This document shows positions 51,974-63,658 of a DNA stretch of 64,000 bases, in pieces. Each line of letters starts with the position of its first letter. Position 1 is the stretch's first letter. The notes beneath the pieces were generated by a model. The model saw only the letters and a list, made by a program, of their open reading frames with translations, ran no database searches and was not told the DNA's origin. The DNA comes from Tubiluchus corallicola (taxonomy: Eukaryota; Animalia; Priapulida): positions 678,066-742,065 of the forward strand of contig JAQGDQ010000011.1 of assembly GCA_030141605.1 (NCBI GenBank). Direction: 5' to 3'. A program made the position numbers and the translations under genes.

Positions 51974-54900
51974 ACAACATCAACAACAACAATAGCAACA
52001 GCAGCAATATATAAATGTAATATATGTGTAATTACTTTTGCACGTGTTTCTGGCTCTAAATTAAGCAAATTATCTGTGCTGTTAAAAGATGTCTTGGATT
52101 TTGATTGCACTTGTTCCGCTATTCAACACCTCATTACTACGTGTTGCTCACCTTATAGTTGGTGGATGGTGAATTAGGGATGGTGAAGAGCGTAGTGAGT
52201 AATATCATTTTCTACTTTTCATCGGTAATGACTTAAAAAAATAGTTTTCAGCCAGGCATCAAAATAGAGTAAAAGAAAACTAATTGTAATATTTATCGGT
52301 CTGGTTTTATGGAGAAATATTTTGCATATTTAACCATTATTTTGGAGTGCACTGTGCAGTTACTGCAGTTTGCTGGTAGCACTGACCATCTGCGAAAATA
52401 TTACATAGTCTTGTATTATGCGGTATCAGGGAGCTTGGACATCTCCCTGTTTCAACTTGCAAGTGATGTGCCAATAAAACAAACCAAATAAAATTAATGT
52501 GCAGCGAGTCAGACATGTTTGCACTATATACTTAGTGCTGTTGAAGTGATGGGTTGAGAGGTACACTTGTTGCAAAATGTGTTTGTGTTAGACTATTCCT
52601 TCTCACCACATCGCATAAGTTCATTGGAATATAATCAGAGTAAGACTTAAATGCTCTGTAATGATAGCAATTTGAATTTGGTGAATTAATCAAGGTCGTT
52701 GGGGGCTTTTCATCGCTGTTAGTGGGCATCATCTTGATGCCCTTTAGTAATATCAAGGACGTGTAACTCCATATCATGTTTGAAACTTATTATCGTTCTT
52801 TAAACACGAGAGAACTCTCCTGAGACTTGTCATCATTAACACAAAAAAATGTAATGCCTTTTATAGTCTCAGAGAATATAATATTTATTCAGGAATTTTC
52901 ACCCTAGTAGGCACCATCAGCTGAATAGAAAGTAGTTTTAACTGAGAGTGATAACTTTGTAACCTGATAACCTAACACTCTGAGGTTACGTGCACTTTCT
53001 TATTCAGCTGATTAGGCTCGTTAGGGCGAAAGCTCCTACTCTCAGATTAGTAGCAGTTCCGCAAAACTTATAATACAATTCAGTTCATTTGAACCCATTT
53101 TTGAGCATCTGAATTTTTATTGTAAAGGCCCATTTTGACTAGAATTTTTCTCACTGCATTTAGTGTGTCTAGCGCTTGGTGAAAATAAATATCGCTCTGT
53201 AGAATACTTTGATTATCACTGCATTTTTAATGCACAGTGAACATGAATATCACTCGCTAAAACGCTCCAGTGTTTTCACTAGCAGCTTGCTCAGATTTCG
53301 ATTATCGCTACATTCTTAACCCTCAGTGAATCTGAATATCGCTCACTAGAATGATCCAGAGTTTTCACTATCAGCTTTCTCGCTGCGATTGTCGCTGCAT
53401 TTTTAACTCTCAGCGAAACTGAATATCGCTGTCTAGACTGCTCCAGTGTTTCACTAGCAGCTTTCTCACTGTGATTATCGCTTTTAATGCTTAGTGAAAA
53501 TAGAAATCGCTGAGTGATAGTTGCATGTACTGTGTGTACAGGTATTCCTCCTTCCTTTTTAATTCATTGATAGATAATATGTTGCCTACAATCATGTCTG
53601 TTATTATTTTCCCCATTTATGGCTTTGTTTTTTTGGCTTGTTGAATCAACAATTTGTAATGAAAATGAACTGCAGTGCATGCACACATCTTCACATTAAA
53701 GGCAAATCATCAACACGTCATGCAATGGCACTTGAAGTAGGCTAAAGCAGACAACATTGTACATTGAGTAAGAGTACAGAGTAGTGTACATTGTAGTGTA
53801 ACTAACAGACTACCAACCTGCAGCAAATTTTCACGGGTGTTTTGAAGAACGATATCGCTTCTCATTGCAATTACCGTTTTCACAGCCGTTTTTCACACTC
53901 CAGTATTACAGCATTTTTCACACAAGCGTTTTTTGCAAAAGTGCATTTCTCAAAAGTTTTGACGAGCGTTTTTGCAGCGATTTTGCCAACAGCAAGAAAA
54001 ATGCTAGTCAAAATTGGCCTTAATATGTGGTTTTTAATTTCATTTCATTTCATTGCATCGTACTTATTTTTCTTGCAGTTGCTTTGACCAGTTTAAGATC
54101 ATACATGCATTAGTGACTAGTGAAGATGATTTAAGACTGGTAAGTTTTATAATTTTGCTCAGTAGGTCTGAATTGTCGCTTTTTATTTTATATGGATTTA
54201 TTTTTTAGAGTTCTGTAGCAAACAAAAGTTTAGTAGCTCTATACTTTTTTAGTTGTTAGATCTAACTTGAAAAGAATGACTTTTCGTCGCTTTCAGTTAA
54301 ATGAAATCAATTAGGGATGGTGAAGAGCGTAGTGAGTAATATCATTTTCTACTTTTCATCGGTAATGACTTAAAAAAATAGTTTTCAGCCAGGCATCAAA
54401 ATAGAGTAAAAGAAAACTAATTGTAATATTTATCGGTCTGGTTTTATGGAGAAATATTTTGCATATTTAACCATTATTTTGGAGTGCACTGTGCAATTAC
54501 TGCAGTTTGCTGGTAGCACTGACCATACTTATATAGAAAAAGCCAGAATGCATAAAAAATTCAAGCTTGTTTCGGTAAGCATTTGTCGAATAACTGGTGT
54601 TGATTATCATCGGCGTGGCTTGGGGTGTGCTCGGTGTGCAGACCGTGGCCAACTATAATTTTATTACGTTCATGTGATTTTGACACATTTTTTGATGTTG
54701 ATTTTAGTTTGACAGTTTGTGGTCAAAGGCATGTTACATTTAAGGAAGAGGGCGGTCAATTTAGCTACCGCACAGGGCGGCCACTCCCATTGCAACGGTA
54801 TTGTGATTTATATATGTAGTATGGTACGAAGACCAACTGCAATTAACTGTGACTGAAGTTTGCAGCCTTGAGTTGTACATTGAATTAGAATTTGTTATTG

Positions 54901-57900
54901 TTGTTGCTTAGGGTACATATGAAACTCTAAGGGAAATGGCTGCTAATGGCGTGAGATACGTTGAGCTGCGTAGTACGCCGCGCGCAATGCCGAGCTCTGG
55001 AATGACGAAACGGTCGTACGTGGATGCAATACTTGATGGGATCAGGAGTTGCCAAAATGAGAGTTGGGTATCGTTTTCCTCCATGTTTGTAATTCATATA
55101 ACGACTACTAATGCCATCTTTTGTTAATAAAAAGTGTTTGTTCTACAGGTAGTCGTCCACTTATGGCCACAATTGGTTCTGGCCGGTTGGTCGTAAGACG
55201 AATTGAACGTAAATCGGACCCATAAGAACAAGAATAAGAATTTATTTTTTACATGGGTACATTATAAATGGTTTTGAAAGCTATTATTTCCATAATGGTT
55301 CATGATTGCTAGTAGATAAAAAACACTGTGTTAGACAAATGTATTATTGACAACAAATAAAACATATGTACAATTATTTACTATAATTTTTTTAGCACTG
55401 TTAAAATCATGCTTGTTCTAAATTTAATTAATATTGTTAAGTCTCTTAGGTTTACTTGAAAGTTTCCAAAAATAGACAATTTTATTCACATATAAAGTTA
55501 TTATATATATGTAATATATATGTATATTAGTTGTGCATGTATATTATGTGTCTTAGAATATATATATTCTAACCATAAAAATAAGAGTAGTTGTTTGGTA
55601 AAAGTAATTTTATTAAAATAAAATCAATCGTAGTAAGTTAATAGAGAAAAATCAAAAGCACTCGTTACTGTCGTAAGGCTTTTTGGAGAAGTTTTGTTTT
55701 TAGTTGCATATAAGTTGCGCTATATATTAAAGCTGTGTGTCCCCACGCATAAGATGGTTTGTGTGTACGTATACTAAGTATGGCGACACCTAGAGACAAA
55801 TTTACCAAACCCGACAGTGATCTAAACCTCATTTGTTTAATAGGATGAAGTATGAGTTACAGTTAGTTTTGCATAATTAATTTATTAAGTTGTGCTGGGT
55901 CGTAAAGTTGAACAACCAAAGTTGCATAGGTCATAAGCCATAAGGGAACGATTTCCTGTAGAGTGTACTACGTTAAATTGCAAGCTCTCTGGCAGCTCAC
56001 TTCATCATAATGAAATAAAAACATTTAATGAATTATCATAGAATAGAGAAGATATAGTTTGGGTGTTTCAACATTTGCGACTTCAAACCTGCAAGTGACA
56101 GTAGTATGGAGATTGAAGAATTGATCTTTTGAGCTTGTTTACATTATTTGTTTTACAATGTGGTCAAGTAGTCTAGTGGGCAGGAGAAATAGTTAAATAA
56201 ATGTGTTTAACTATCAAGGTTACACTTGGTTTAGCTTATATTTGGATGGTTGACCACCATAAAAACTGATGTTATATTGTTTCTTCTGGCATATGCCTTT
56301 TTTCCTATAGAGTGGATATATACAACTGTGACATTATGCCAGATCAGTACCTCTCCTTAGGTGAGTATAGTAGGATTTTTTTAGCCTTTAGTATGTTAAC
56401 TCTTTCTTAAAAATGAACTCTCTGTGATTTTATATTTCAGAAATAAAAATTATGGTAAAACTGCTGCTGTCCATTGATAGACGGGGAACTGTTGAATTTG
56501 CGGAAGACACAGTTCTGTTAGCAAAAGAATACATGCTAAATTCGGATGGAATTGTTATTGGAGTAGATTTCAGTGGAAATCCAGCAGTAAGTATCACACT
56601 AACAGTGGCGGTTGTACAGGTACAGGCGGCATTCTAAATTTAGTTTCCGATTTCAATTTGTTGTCTATTTCACTTTATTTTGCGAAAGCACATAAAGTTA
56701 TGCGTAACTTTGATTCACAAGTTACAGATTTATAAAAGAAATATTCAGGCCATAAAGTGTAACCACCACACATAGCCAGGAGCCAAGTAGACACTTGGCT
56801 GCTGATCCAGAGCCTCTGGTTTCAAGGCTCACTCATGTCGGAGTTATAGAACCATTACCATTCGACCAGGTTCTTCCTAGACCTACTCGGCTTTAATTGG
56901 GCAGTGAGTCCTTGCTTAATGATGCTGATATGTTCCGGCAAAATGCGACGTTAAGCGAAACATTGTTAAACGAAGCCAAGACTTCCATTGAAAGTAGTGT
57001 TAAGAAACTGAAATACTTTCCAGAGGCAAAAATCAATGCTGCTTAAATCACATAAATTAAACATTTTATAAGTTTTAGTTTCGTTCTATTTGCTTGCCTG
57101 TCTTTCTTACCAATACCTAGCTAGCAGTTTCTCTTTAACATTGAAGCCTAGGCAGCCGTAAACAATAAGCATTTTGCATAGTCAAAACCAGTCCTGGGGC
57201 GACCTTGATACAATTTCATCTACCTACTCTAGTCTGCTACAGCAACAGGTTGTAGGTTAAATTCCTTTCACATAAAGTTTGCAGCCAGGTGCCTATAAAT
57301 TGGAGGCATATAAATTGCAGGGCTTAGTATTCAGCCGGGAAGCCAAAACATAGATAATAATTGTACTGTTTTTATCGCTAGTGGTTTCTAGAATAGAATA
57401 ATGCAATATGTGCTGTCTTAGTGCTTCAAATTTAGCAAAAATGTTGTTGACAAAATAAAACTTGGCTTTGGGCAAAGTAAAAAAGTACTCATTAAAATAT
57501 AACGTGCGTCGTTAAGTGAAAAAAGATGCCAAGTGTTCAGCATCATTAGAACAAAACCTCGTTAAACAGGGAGTCGTTAAGCAAGGACTTGCTGTACTTA
57601 GTCCTGTCCTAGGGAAAGAAAAGTGTCTAAGCGGTGGGTTAGCCTCTTATATACCTCATGTGTGCAGGCTTTATAAACAGCTGACTCACGAACTGTCTAT
57701 TCACTCCATCAGGAGCATGGCACCATGCTGATTCTTAGTAATTGTAACATTTTTTCTGTTGCAGCTTAATTCGTTACAGATTTGCATTAATCATTTCTTT
57801 ACTCCAGTTTTTTTCTAGTTCTTGTCCTTTAAAAACTTAAGCTGTATAATATTAGAAGTTTTTTAACTTGTAACATCTGTTAGGTGAATGACGCCAAAGA

Positions 57901-60900
57901 TTTTATTCCCGCTATGAAAGATGCTACAGCCGCTGGACTGAAGCTATCTGCACATATAGCAGAGGTAAAATGTTCTTTTTGTCCAATTTTCGTTTGTTAC
58001 GCATTTATGCATTCGTTACGTACTCTTGTAAAAAGCTAAATGGAATGTATGTTAGATAATTTTGGCCATCGTTTTATTTCCTCTAACCTATTATATGTAG
58101 TATTTCTACAAAATGCATTTCATTGTATGGAGTATAACTGCATATTTACAAGGGTGTTGTGCAAAACTGATTAACCTGTTTGTTATATCCACATTATTCC
58201 ATGCAAGTATTTTATGATACTAAACGCAATTGCTATATTTTCTCAGTATATGAAGGTATTTAAAGAAAAAAAGGATTGGAGTCCATATTTGAGAACTGAA
58301 CTGAAGACTTCTGATTGCTAAATGTGTTAATGTTAACAGTGTTCAGAAAGCCCTGTGAGCATTTCCCACACAGGCCAACTTAAAGCTTTCTATTTAACGA
58401 GATTAGATTCTATTACAGTTTATTTAACCAATCTGCTTTACTCGTTTTTGCCAACAAGTAATCATAGTTACCAGTATTATGGTATTATTACTCGTAAGGT
58501 TTTAAATAAGTTAAATTAGTTGTTTTATTAAAAGGTTTTAAACAATGAAGAGACATTAGCTGTTCTAGAAGAAGTAAACGTTGGCCGTATAGGTCATGGT
58601 GCATTCTTGCATCCAGAAGCAGGTGGCACTCAACAAATTGCAGATTTGGTTGAAAAAAGAAGAATTCCGATAGGTATGACAGTAGTCATTGCTTCTGTGA
58701 GGAACTGCTTATTTGTTGTCTTCTTTAAGGTCAAGTACAGCATACTTTGTGAAGTTGCGATTTTACGATACAAAAAACAGGAACAAAATCCTCTAACTAA
58801 GATTTTCTGATACTTTTAACTTTTTCTTGGCGGTTTATAAAAGAGGCTATTGCTTGTGAAAATGTCACGTCTGAAAAAAATCTGAAACTTAAATTCACGC
58901 ATCTTTCTTGTTAGATGACAACAGCGAAATACACACCTTAGTTACGGCAGCGTATGCATTTGGTTTTCACGTGTCATGTTTTGCTGTGATTTTCAGAAGT
59001 TTCACGAGTAAAACTGAATAAAATGCTTTGGGGGAAAAGGCAACTTTGAACCAGCCCAGGATTTTTTTAGGAAGGAAGCCATGAAATTTTAATAAAATTA
59101 GTGTCAAATTCTGAGTTATAGTTCAGGAAAACTTGCTTTTACATTAAATTTGATCTTTAAGCAGTTTGTCTTCTCTCTTAATGTTCTCTAGCATTTGCAA
59201 TCTGATAAAAAATGTGGTCAAAAGTTATTGTTTGCAATTTGATAAAAAATATAGTCGAAAGTTATCAGACAAAGATTAGAACTCTGTAACATGTTTCTAT
59301 CATTGTTGGTTTCAGGTAAGTCAAGTACTAGCTCAAAGAAGGCTACTACAGTAAGGTGCCGTTTGTTTAGACTCACGATTAATAGAATCCGTCATCTAAT
59401 TGACTCAAAAACGTTTGGTACAGGCTGCTTCTATTCAAATGTAAATAAAAACTGCCGATAACAGATTCAAATAACTCCTCATAATTGACTCAATATTTTT
59501 GCTTCACAGGCTTCAATAATACACATTTGTGTGACCAATAAGCTTTTATGACTTTTACATCATCTTAGTTCACTTTTGTGCTCTAATATACGTAATAGAA
59601 ACAATCGTGTTAAGTACTGTTTGCTGTTTTGTTTGTAAGCAACAGCATTTATCATATGCTAGTGTGCTAGCCTATCGGTTTGCTTTTGAAGCTCTCACTG
59701 TCTTTCACAGAAAATTTAAAGGAAAACCGGACGACTGTTTAGACTCAATCTCATTTTAATTACTGTCCAAAATGTACATTTTCTTGCCTATAAAAGTTAG
59801 CAATTATTTCTTATATTTGAATAATTAGCTTAGAAATTTAATTAACGGCAACCGAACACAGCTATTGCTTACGTCAAAACTAACCACAGTTAGTGCAATG
59901 ACAGGCATCTTCTCTTGCGCGTCAAGCACGTTTGCGTAAGTCTTCTATTTGTTGGCCACCTACATGTGACAAAAAGGTGCCGTTGCCAATCTTAGTAGAT
60001 TCACTGAACCACGTGTAGCTTTGAAAGTTTAACAAAGTTTGAGTATCAGAGGTAGTTATTATTTAATCTAAACTTTGATTTAAAAAACATTGTAATTTTC
60101 AATATTTAGGGCATTCTTTATTCTGAACTAATGTTTACACAATCATCTGGTTTTGCTTTAATCAGTTAGCTGTTGCTGTTATGCCAGGAATGCAGTTACA
60201 GTACAGTAAGGTGTTACAAAGTTGCCACACTTGCCAGTAGATTACTATGCAAATTCTAGTACTTGGATGACGGCTATGTTGTTCATTGAATGGTTAGTGA
60301 AAAGGGATGCAGAGTTAAAGTGAAACATCATTTTACTGGTAGACATTTGCACTACCCATGTAGTCTACGCATCGTTAAAACACATTAAAGTTATGTTTTT
60401 ACCAGTTTGTTAGTTAGACGTAGCTTCTTAGTTAAGCACAAATGACATGGCTAAAAAAACCAGCCTTCTGAATGCACTGCATTTATTAGCTATGTCCTGG
60501 AGTAATGTTACTGAACACACAATTCAGAACTGCATCGTTCACGCTTGATTCACCCTAACTGCACCATCTGACATGACCAACAATGAGTTTGAAACCTGTG
60601 TTGAAATTTATTCAGCCATACGAGTGAGTCGTCCTCACAATTAACGTTGATGAAATCGTCATAATGGCAAGCGGGAGCTTAGACGAAGCCACTTGCTGGG
60701 GGCACCACCACCAGTTCAAACACACCAGTTCAAAAGCACTAAGTATTTTGCGAGAATTTGTGCTGCATCGTACAACAACAGATTTTCAATGTTTCTATCA
60801 TTATGAGAACTTTGTGACCCAACTGCTTTGCAAAAAATGAAGCAGCCAACCTTGAACGTATTTTATAATTTTTGTAAAGAAACAGATTTGAGTGATTTAA

Positions 60901-62177
60901 AAAAGTAAACTTTTCTATTTTCTTTTTTTATTAATTCACTTTGTAAATTAATATTTTTAAATAAGTGCATATGAATTTAGGCATTACTTCGTTTCTAAAA
61001 TTCATTAAAATCCTTTGTAGTGCAGTACTTCTATTCTAGTAATTCTACATCGATCTGCTGGTTAATAGGCTAGTCAGATTAATTGGGTCAAAATGCTTCC
61101 GTCCCAAAGTGAGTCTACTAAGCGGGCCTAATATATTTTTGTGTTAAACAAAATAAAAATTGTAGGATAGTTTCTATAGTTCAAGCCAGGATAAAAGTCT
61201 TCTGCAGTAATTTAAAAACCTGTGGCTTCGTGATATAGCATGCTTTACCTGAGTCCTGATAGATTGATATGGATAAATGATAGCACCTACTACTCAAGCA
61301 TTTTTTAGTTAATGCTAAACCTCGGGTCAAAGTTCCATTTCTCAATAAAATTTTGATAAAAAGCTTGTTATTTTTGGACTGTTTTATGCTATTTTGTTAC
61401 TTTTTCGATTAATTTTGATTTGCATTTCAGAATGCTGTTTGAAGAGCAATATAATATGTTACAGTTTGCCGCACCTTCAAGATCATCAGTTTGCTTATTG
61501 GTACAATGAAAAACAACATCCGTGCATACCATGTGTATGTTGCTTTTATTCATGTTGTATTTTTACTGTACTTTTAAGTTGCCATGTCCAAATTTTCAAA
61601 ATATTTCTAACATCGATAAGTCGGTGCTGTCTTTCATATTACAGTGACCGTTTTTTCTATCTCACTATCACAGGGAATTCTTTAATGCATTAAACAATGT
61701 CAGCGAACCAACTAAATCAAATGCAAAATGTAAATTATTAATTTTAACTAGCAATGTCGAGATTTTTGTGGTTTTTCTACAGTAATACATTTTTATTTTA
61801 ATAAATCACTTGATTTAGATGTATTATTCATTTAAGTTATTTTTAAGTAATATAAAATTGGGATAAATTTGCAGATGCTTTCAAACTTTTGTCGTGTAGA
61901 AGCTATGCAGTCATATGAAAACAAAGTTGTGTGTGAGTCGGAGTTATATAATATACATTTTTTGTTTTTTGTTTTTGCCTAGACCGATGGAGGTGGTATA
62001 TTCAACACAAATTTGGCAGAGGAGTATGAGTTGTTAGTAGATCATTATGGATTCAGCAAACAACAGTTGTATGAGCTCTCCTATGGTAGCATTGATTACA
62101 CCTTTGCAGACGAAGTCGTTAAAAACATTCTGAGACAGCTGTGGACGGAAGCCAAGGCAACACTGGACTTTTCTTGA
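49995..62177 (+). CDS. ADAL: Adenosine deaminase-like protein (N6-methyl-AMP deaminase, ADAL/MAPDA), ~362 aa
   Basis: 9 exons totalling 1089 nt: 49995-50069, 51273-51409, 54079-54139, 54912-55062, 56441-56586, 57884-57964, 58535-58673, 61431-61534, 61983-62177. Motifs LPKVELHAHL, YVELRSTPR, SIDRR, GVDFSGNP, HIAE, RIGHG, ECCLKSN, CTD. Confidence 0.93.
50545..50845. repeat. Tandem duplication, period ~161 bp, 2 copies
   Basis: TAGTTATTTGA...TTCAGCACTTT starts at 50548 and again at 50709, separated by a short (TA)n. Confidence 0.9.
51531..51609. repeat. 21-bp minisatellite, ~3.8 copies
   Basis: Unit CATTCAAGTTATCAAGTGTTA. Confidence 0.9.
51899..52008. repeat. Compound trinucleotide microsatellite (AAT/AGT/AAC/AGC)
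   Basis: Seen directly in the sequence. It explains the spurious poly-V/I ORF 51868-52110. Confidence 0.9.
52172..52389 (+). repeat. 218-bp direct repeat, copy 1 (hAT-like MITE?)
   Basis: Matches 54309-54526 with one substitution seen. Starts TAGGGATGGTGA. Confidence 0.9.
52891..53037. repeat. Imperfect ~150-bp palindrome (foldback MITE-like)
   Basis: AGGAATTTTCACCCTAG...ATCAGCTGAATAGAAAGT pairs with ACTTTCTTATTCAGCTGAT...TAGGGCGAAAGCTCCT. Confidence 0.7.
53126..54020. mobile_element. PIF/Harbinger non-autonomous element carrying an internal ~88-bp tandem array
   Basis: TIRs AGGCCCATTTTGACTAG / CTAGTCAAAATTGGCCT with TAA TSDs at 53123-53125 and 54021-54023. GAATATC recurs at 53245, 53334 and 53421. 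Confidence 0.85.
54309..54526 (+). repeat. 218-bp direct repeat, copy 2
   Basis: Matches 52172-52389. Ends TGACCATACTTA, an imperfect inverse of the TAGGGATGGTGA start. Confidence 0.9.
55146..55958 (+). mobile_element. Tc1/mariner-pogo-type MITE
   Basis: TA-CAGGTAGTCGTCCACTTATGGC ... GCCATAAGGGAACGATTTCCTG-TA: imperfect TIRs with a TA TSD. Confidence 0.75.
56770..57730 (+). mobile_element. Degenerate SINE-like element interrupted by a MITE
   Basis: tRNA-like head (GCCAAGTAGACAC...CTGGTTTCAAG) and body ...CTACTCGGCTTTAATTGGG|TACTTAG..., which is split at 56902-57594. Confidence 0.45.
56902..57594 (+). mobile_element. Tigger/pogo-type MITE
   Basis: TIRs CAGTGAGTCCTTGCTTAATGA / TCGTTAAGCAAGGACTTGCTG-TA with repeated subterminal GTTAA motifs. 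Confidence 0.8.
59349..61132 (+). mobile_element. pogo/Tigger DNA transposon, decayed, with DDE transposase remnant (copy B)
   Basis: Termini CAGTAAGGTGCCGTTTGTTTAGACTC / GAGTCTACTAAGCGGGCCTA are homologous to copy A. ~60220-60400 translates LPVDYYANSSTWMTAMLFIEWLVKRDAELK*NIILLVDICTTH and ~60470-60535 translates NALHLLAMSWSNVTEHTIQNC, both pogo/Tigger DDE_1-region motifs. In-frame stop and deletions present. Confidence 0.85.
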
Positions 62178-63658
62178 TGGCTGCGCTAGTGTCTATAAAC
62201 TTAGAAAAGTTTGTGATAATGAGTAGTTGGCCCTGTGCTTGATCATTACAGTAGTACAGAAATCTCTGGATATGCTCCCATGAATGCAAAACAAGTGGCT
62301 TCATTCTCTTTAGGAAAAAAGTTAAATTCTGTAAATTCCCGAATAAGTTTAGTTTGATCGTTCTTTGAGGCAACATTGTTATATGAAGAGACTATTTATT
62401 TAAATAAAGAGAAAAAATATAAACTATAAAAGGAAACACGATTACTTTTCTTCTTTGCTGATGTTACAGTTTGGCTTTTTTGAGCATGAGATCGATTGCA
62501 GGGACATGTCAAGATATTACAACGACCATCTCTGTTATGGATTTGTGGTTGTGTGTATATGTGATGAGCTATGCACATGGTTTCATTAGTAGCACTATTA
62601 CCTAGGACTTACATGGTTGTTGTTGATTACATATATTAGTGTAGTTCTTATATATTACAAGGATGCACAAGAAGCGGATTCAGTAACTGCTTGTGGTGTG
62701 TTATAAAATGTGCACTTTATGTGACTATGAAAGGAGAATAAAGTTTTTTAACAGTTGGCCCTTAAAATCTGGCACCTCTAAAATTTGGTGCCCTAAGATA
62801 CGGCCTAGTTAGCCTATTGGCGAATACAACAATATTCCCTATATTGTTGGCCAGAAGACATTTTCATTTTCACTAAGCAACAACTTTCTAAAATATTATT
62901 ATTCTAATCTGTTTAGTGTTTAGCGACTTTATAGAATCATTTTGGTTTGTACACTGCATAGATTTCTTGTAATTATGCAAGTAGATTCATTGTGAATTCT
63001 TGAAACTACATGTAATAGTTTTGTTGACCAGTTAGTGTATGGCTAACTAATTTTTTCCATTTATCTTAGTTTTCGTTCAAACTGTTTTTAAGTCACTTTT
63101 CTACCACAGTCGGTATTAAAAATTACTGTAATTAATGCATTATAATCTAGCTAGACTAGCTGGTGGATAATGTAATGAGTGTAATTTTAAAATTGCTGCT
63201 AGCCACGGGCTAAAAAGTTTATATTTTAATTGAAAAGGTCTCATCAGAACGAAATCTGTTCAAACTGCAATTATTTATAATGAATTTTTGTTAGTGAATG
63301 TGGTGTCAGCGTTTTATGGGGTTTATCATGTTATAACAATACAGCATAGTATGTGTGCTGCATTTATGTAGTATATCCTGTTTTATCAAGTTGTAGTTTT
63401 TCTTGTGGGGTGCATTAGCATCCAGGATTATTGACATTGGGTGTAAGAATGAAGTATCAAATTTCTTTAATAAATAATAGGCTCTGTATTCTGGATTAAT
63501 GTTCAATGGCTTTTTATTGACAAGATGGTTTTCTTATGGTTTAGCAACTTTATCAAATATTAATCTAGATTTGTAAAAGATTAACAGCTCTTACATGAGC
63601 AGTAAATTAGTTACCTAGTTATTATGGATATTTACGACATATTCGTCATTTCATCTGG

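Noticed and set aside
51531-53510. CRISPR-like array from the 21-bp and 88-bp repeats
   Set aside because: Head-to-tail tandem units without unique spacers, no cas genes, and a eukaryotic intron context.
52309-54658. Duplicated small ORFs starting MEKYFAYLTII
   Set aside because: Both come from the 218-bp repeat and diverge right at its boundary.
55068-56440. U12-type intron (GTATCGTTT donor, TTTCTTAAA branch-like site)
   Set aside because: The donor deviates from GTATCCTT, and splicing it to 56441 gives an immediate stop. The GTTGGG donor at 55063 gives the correct frame and alignment.
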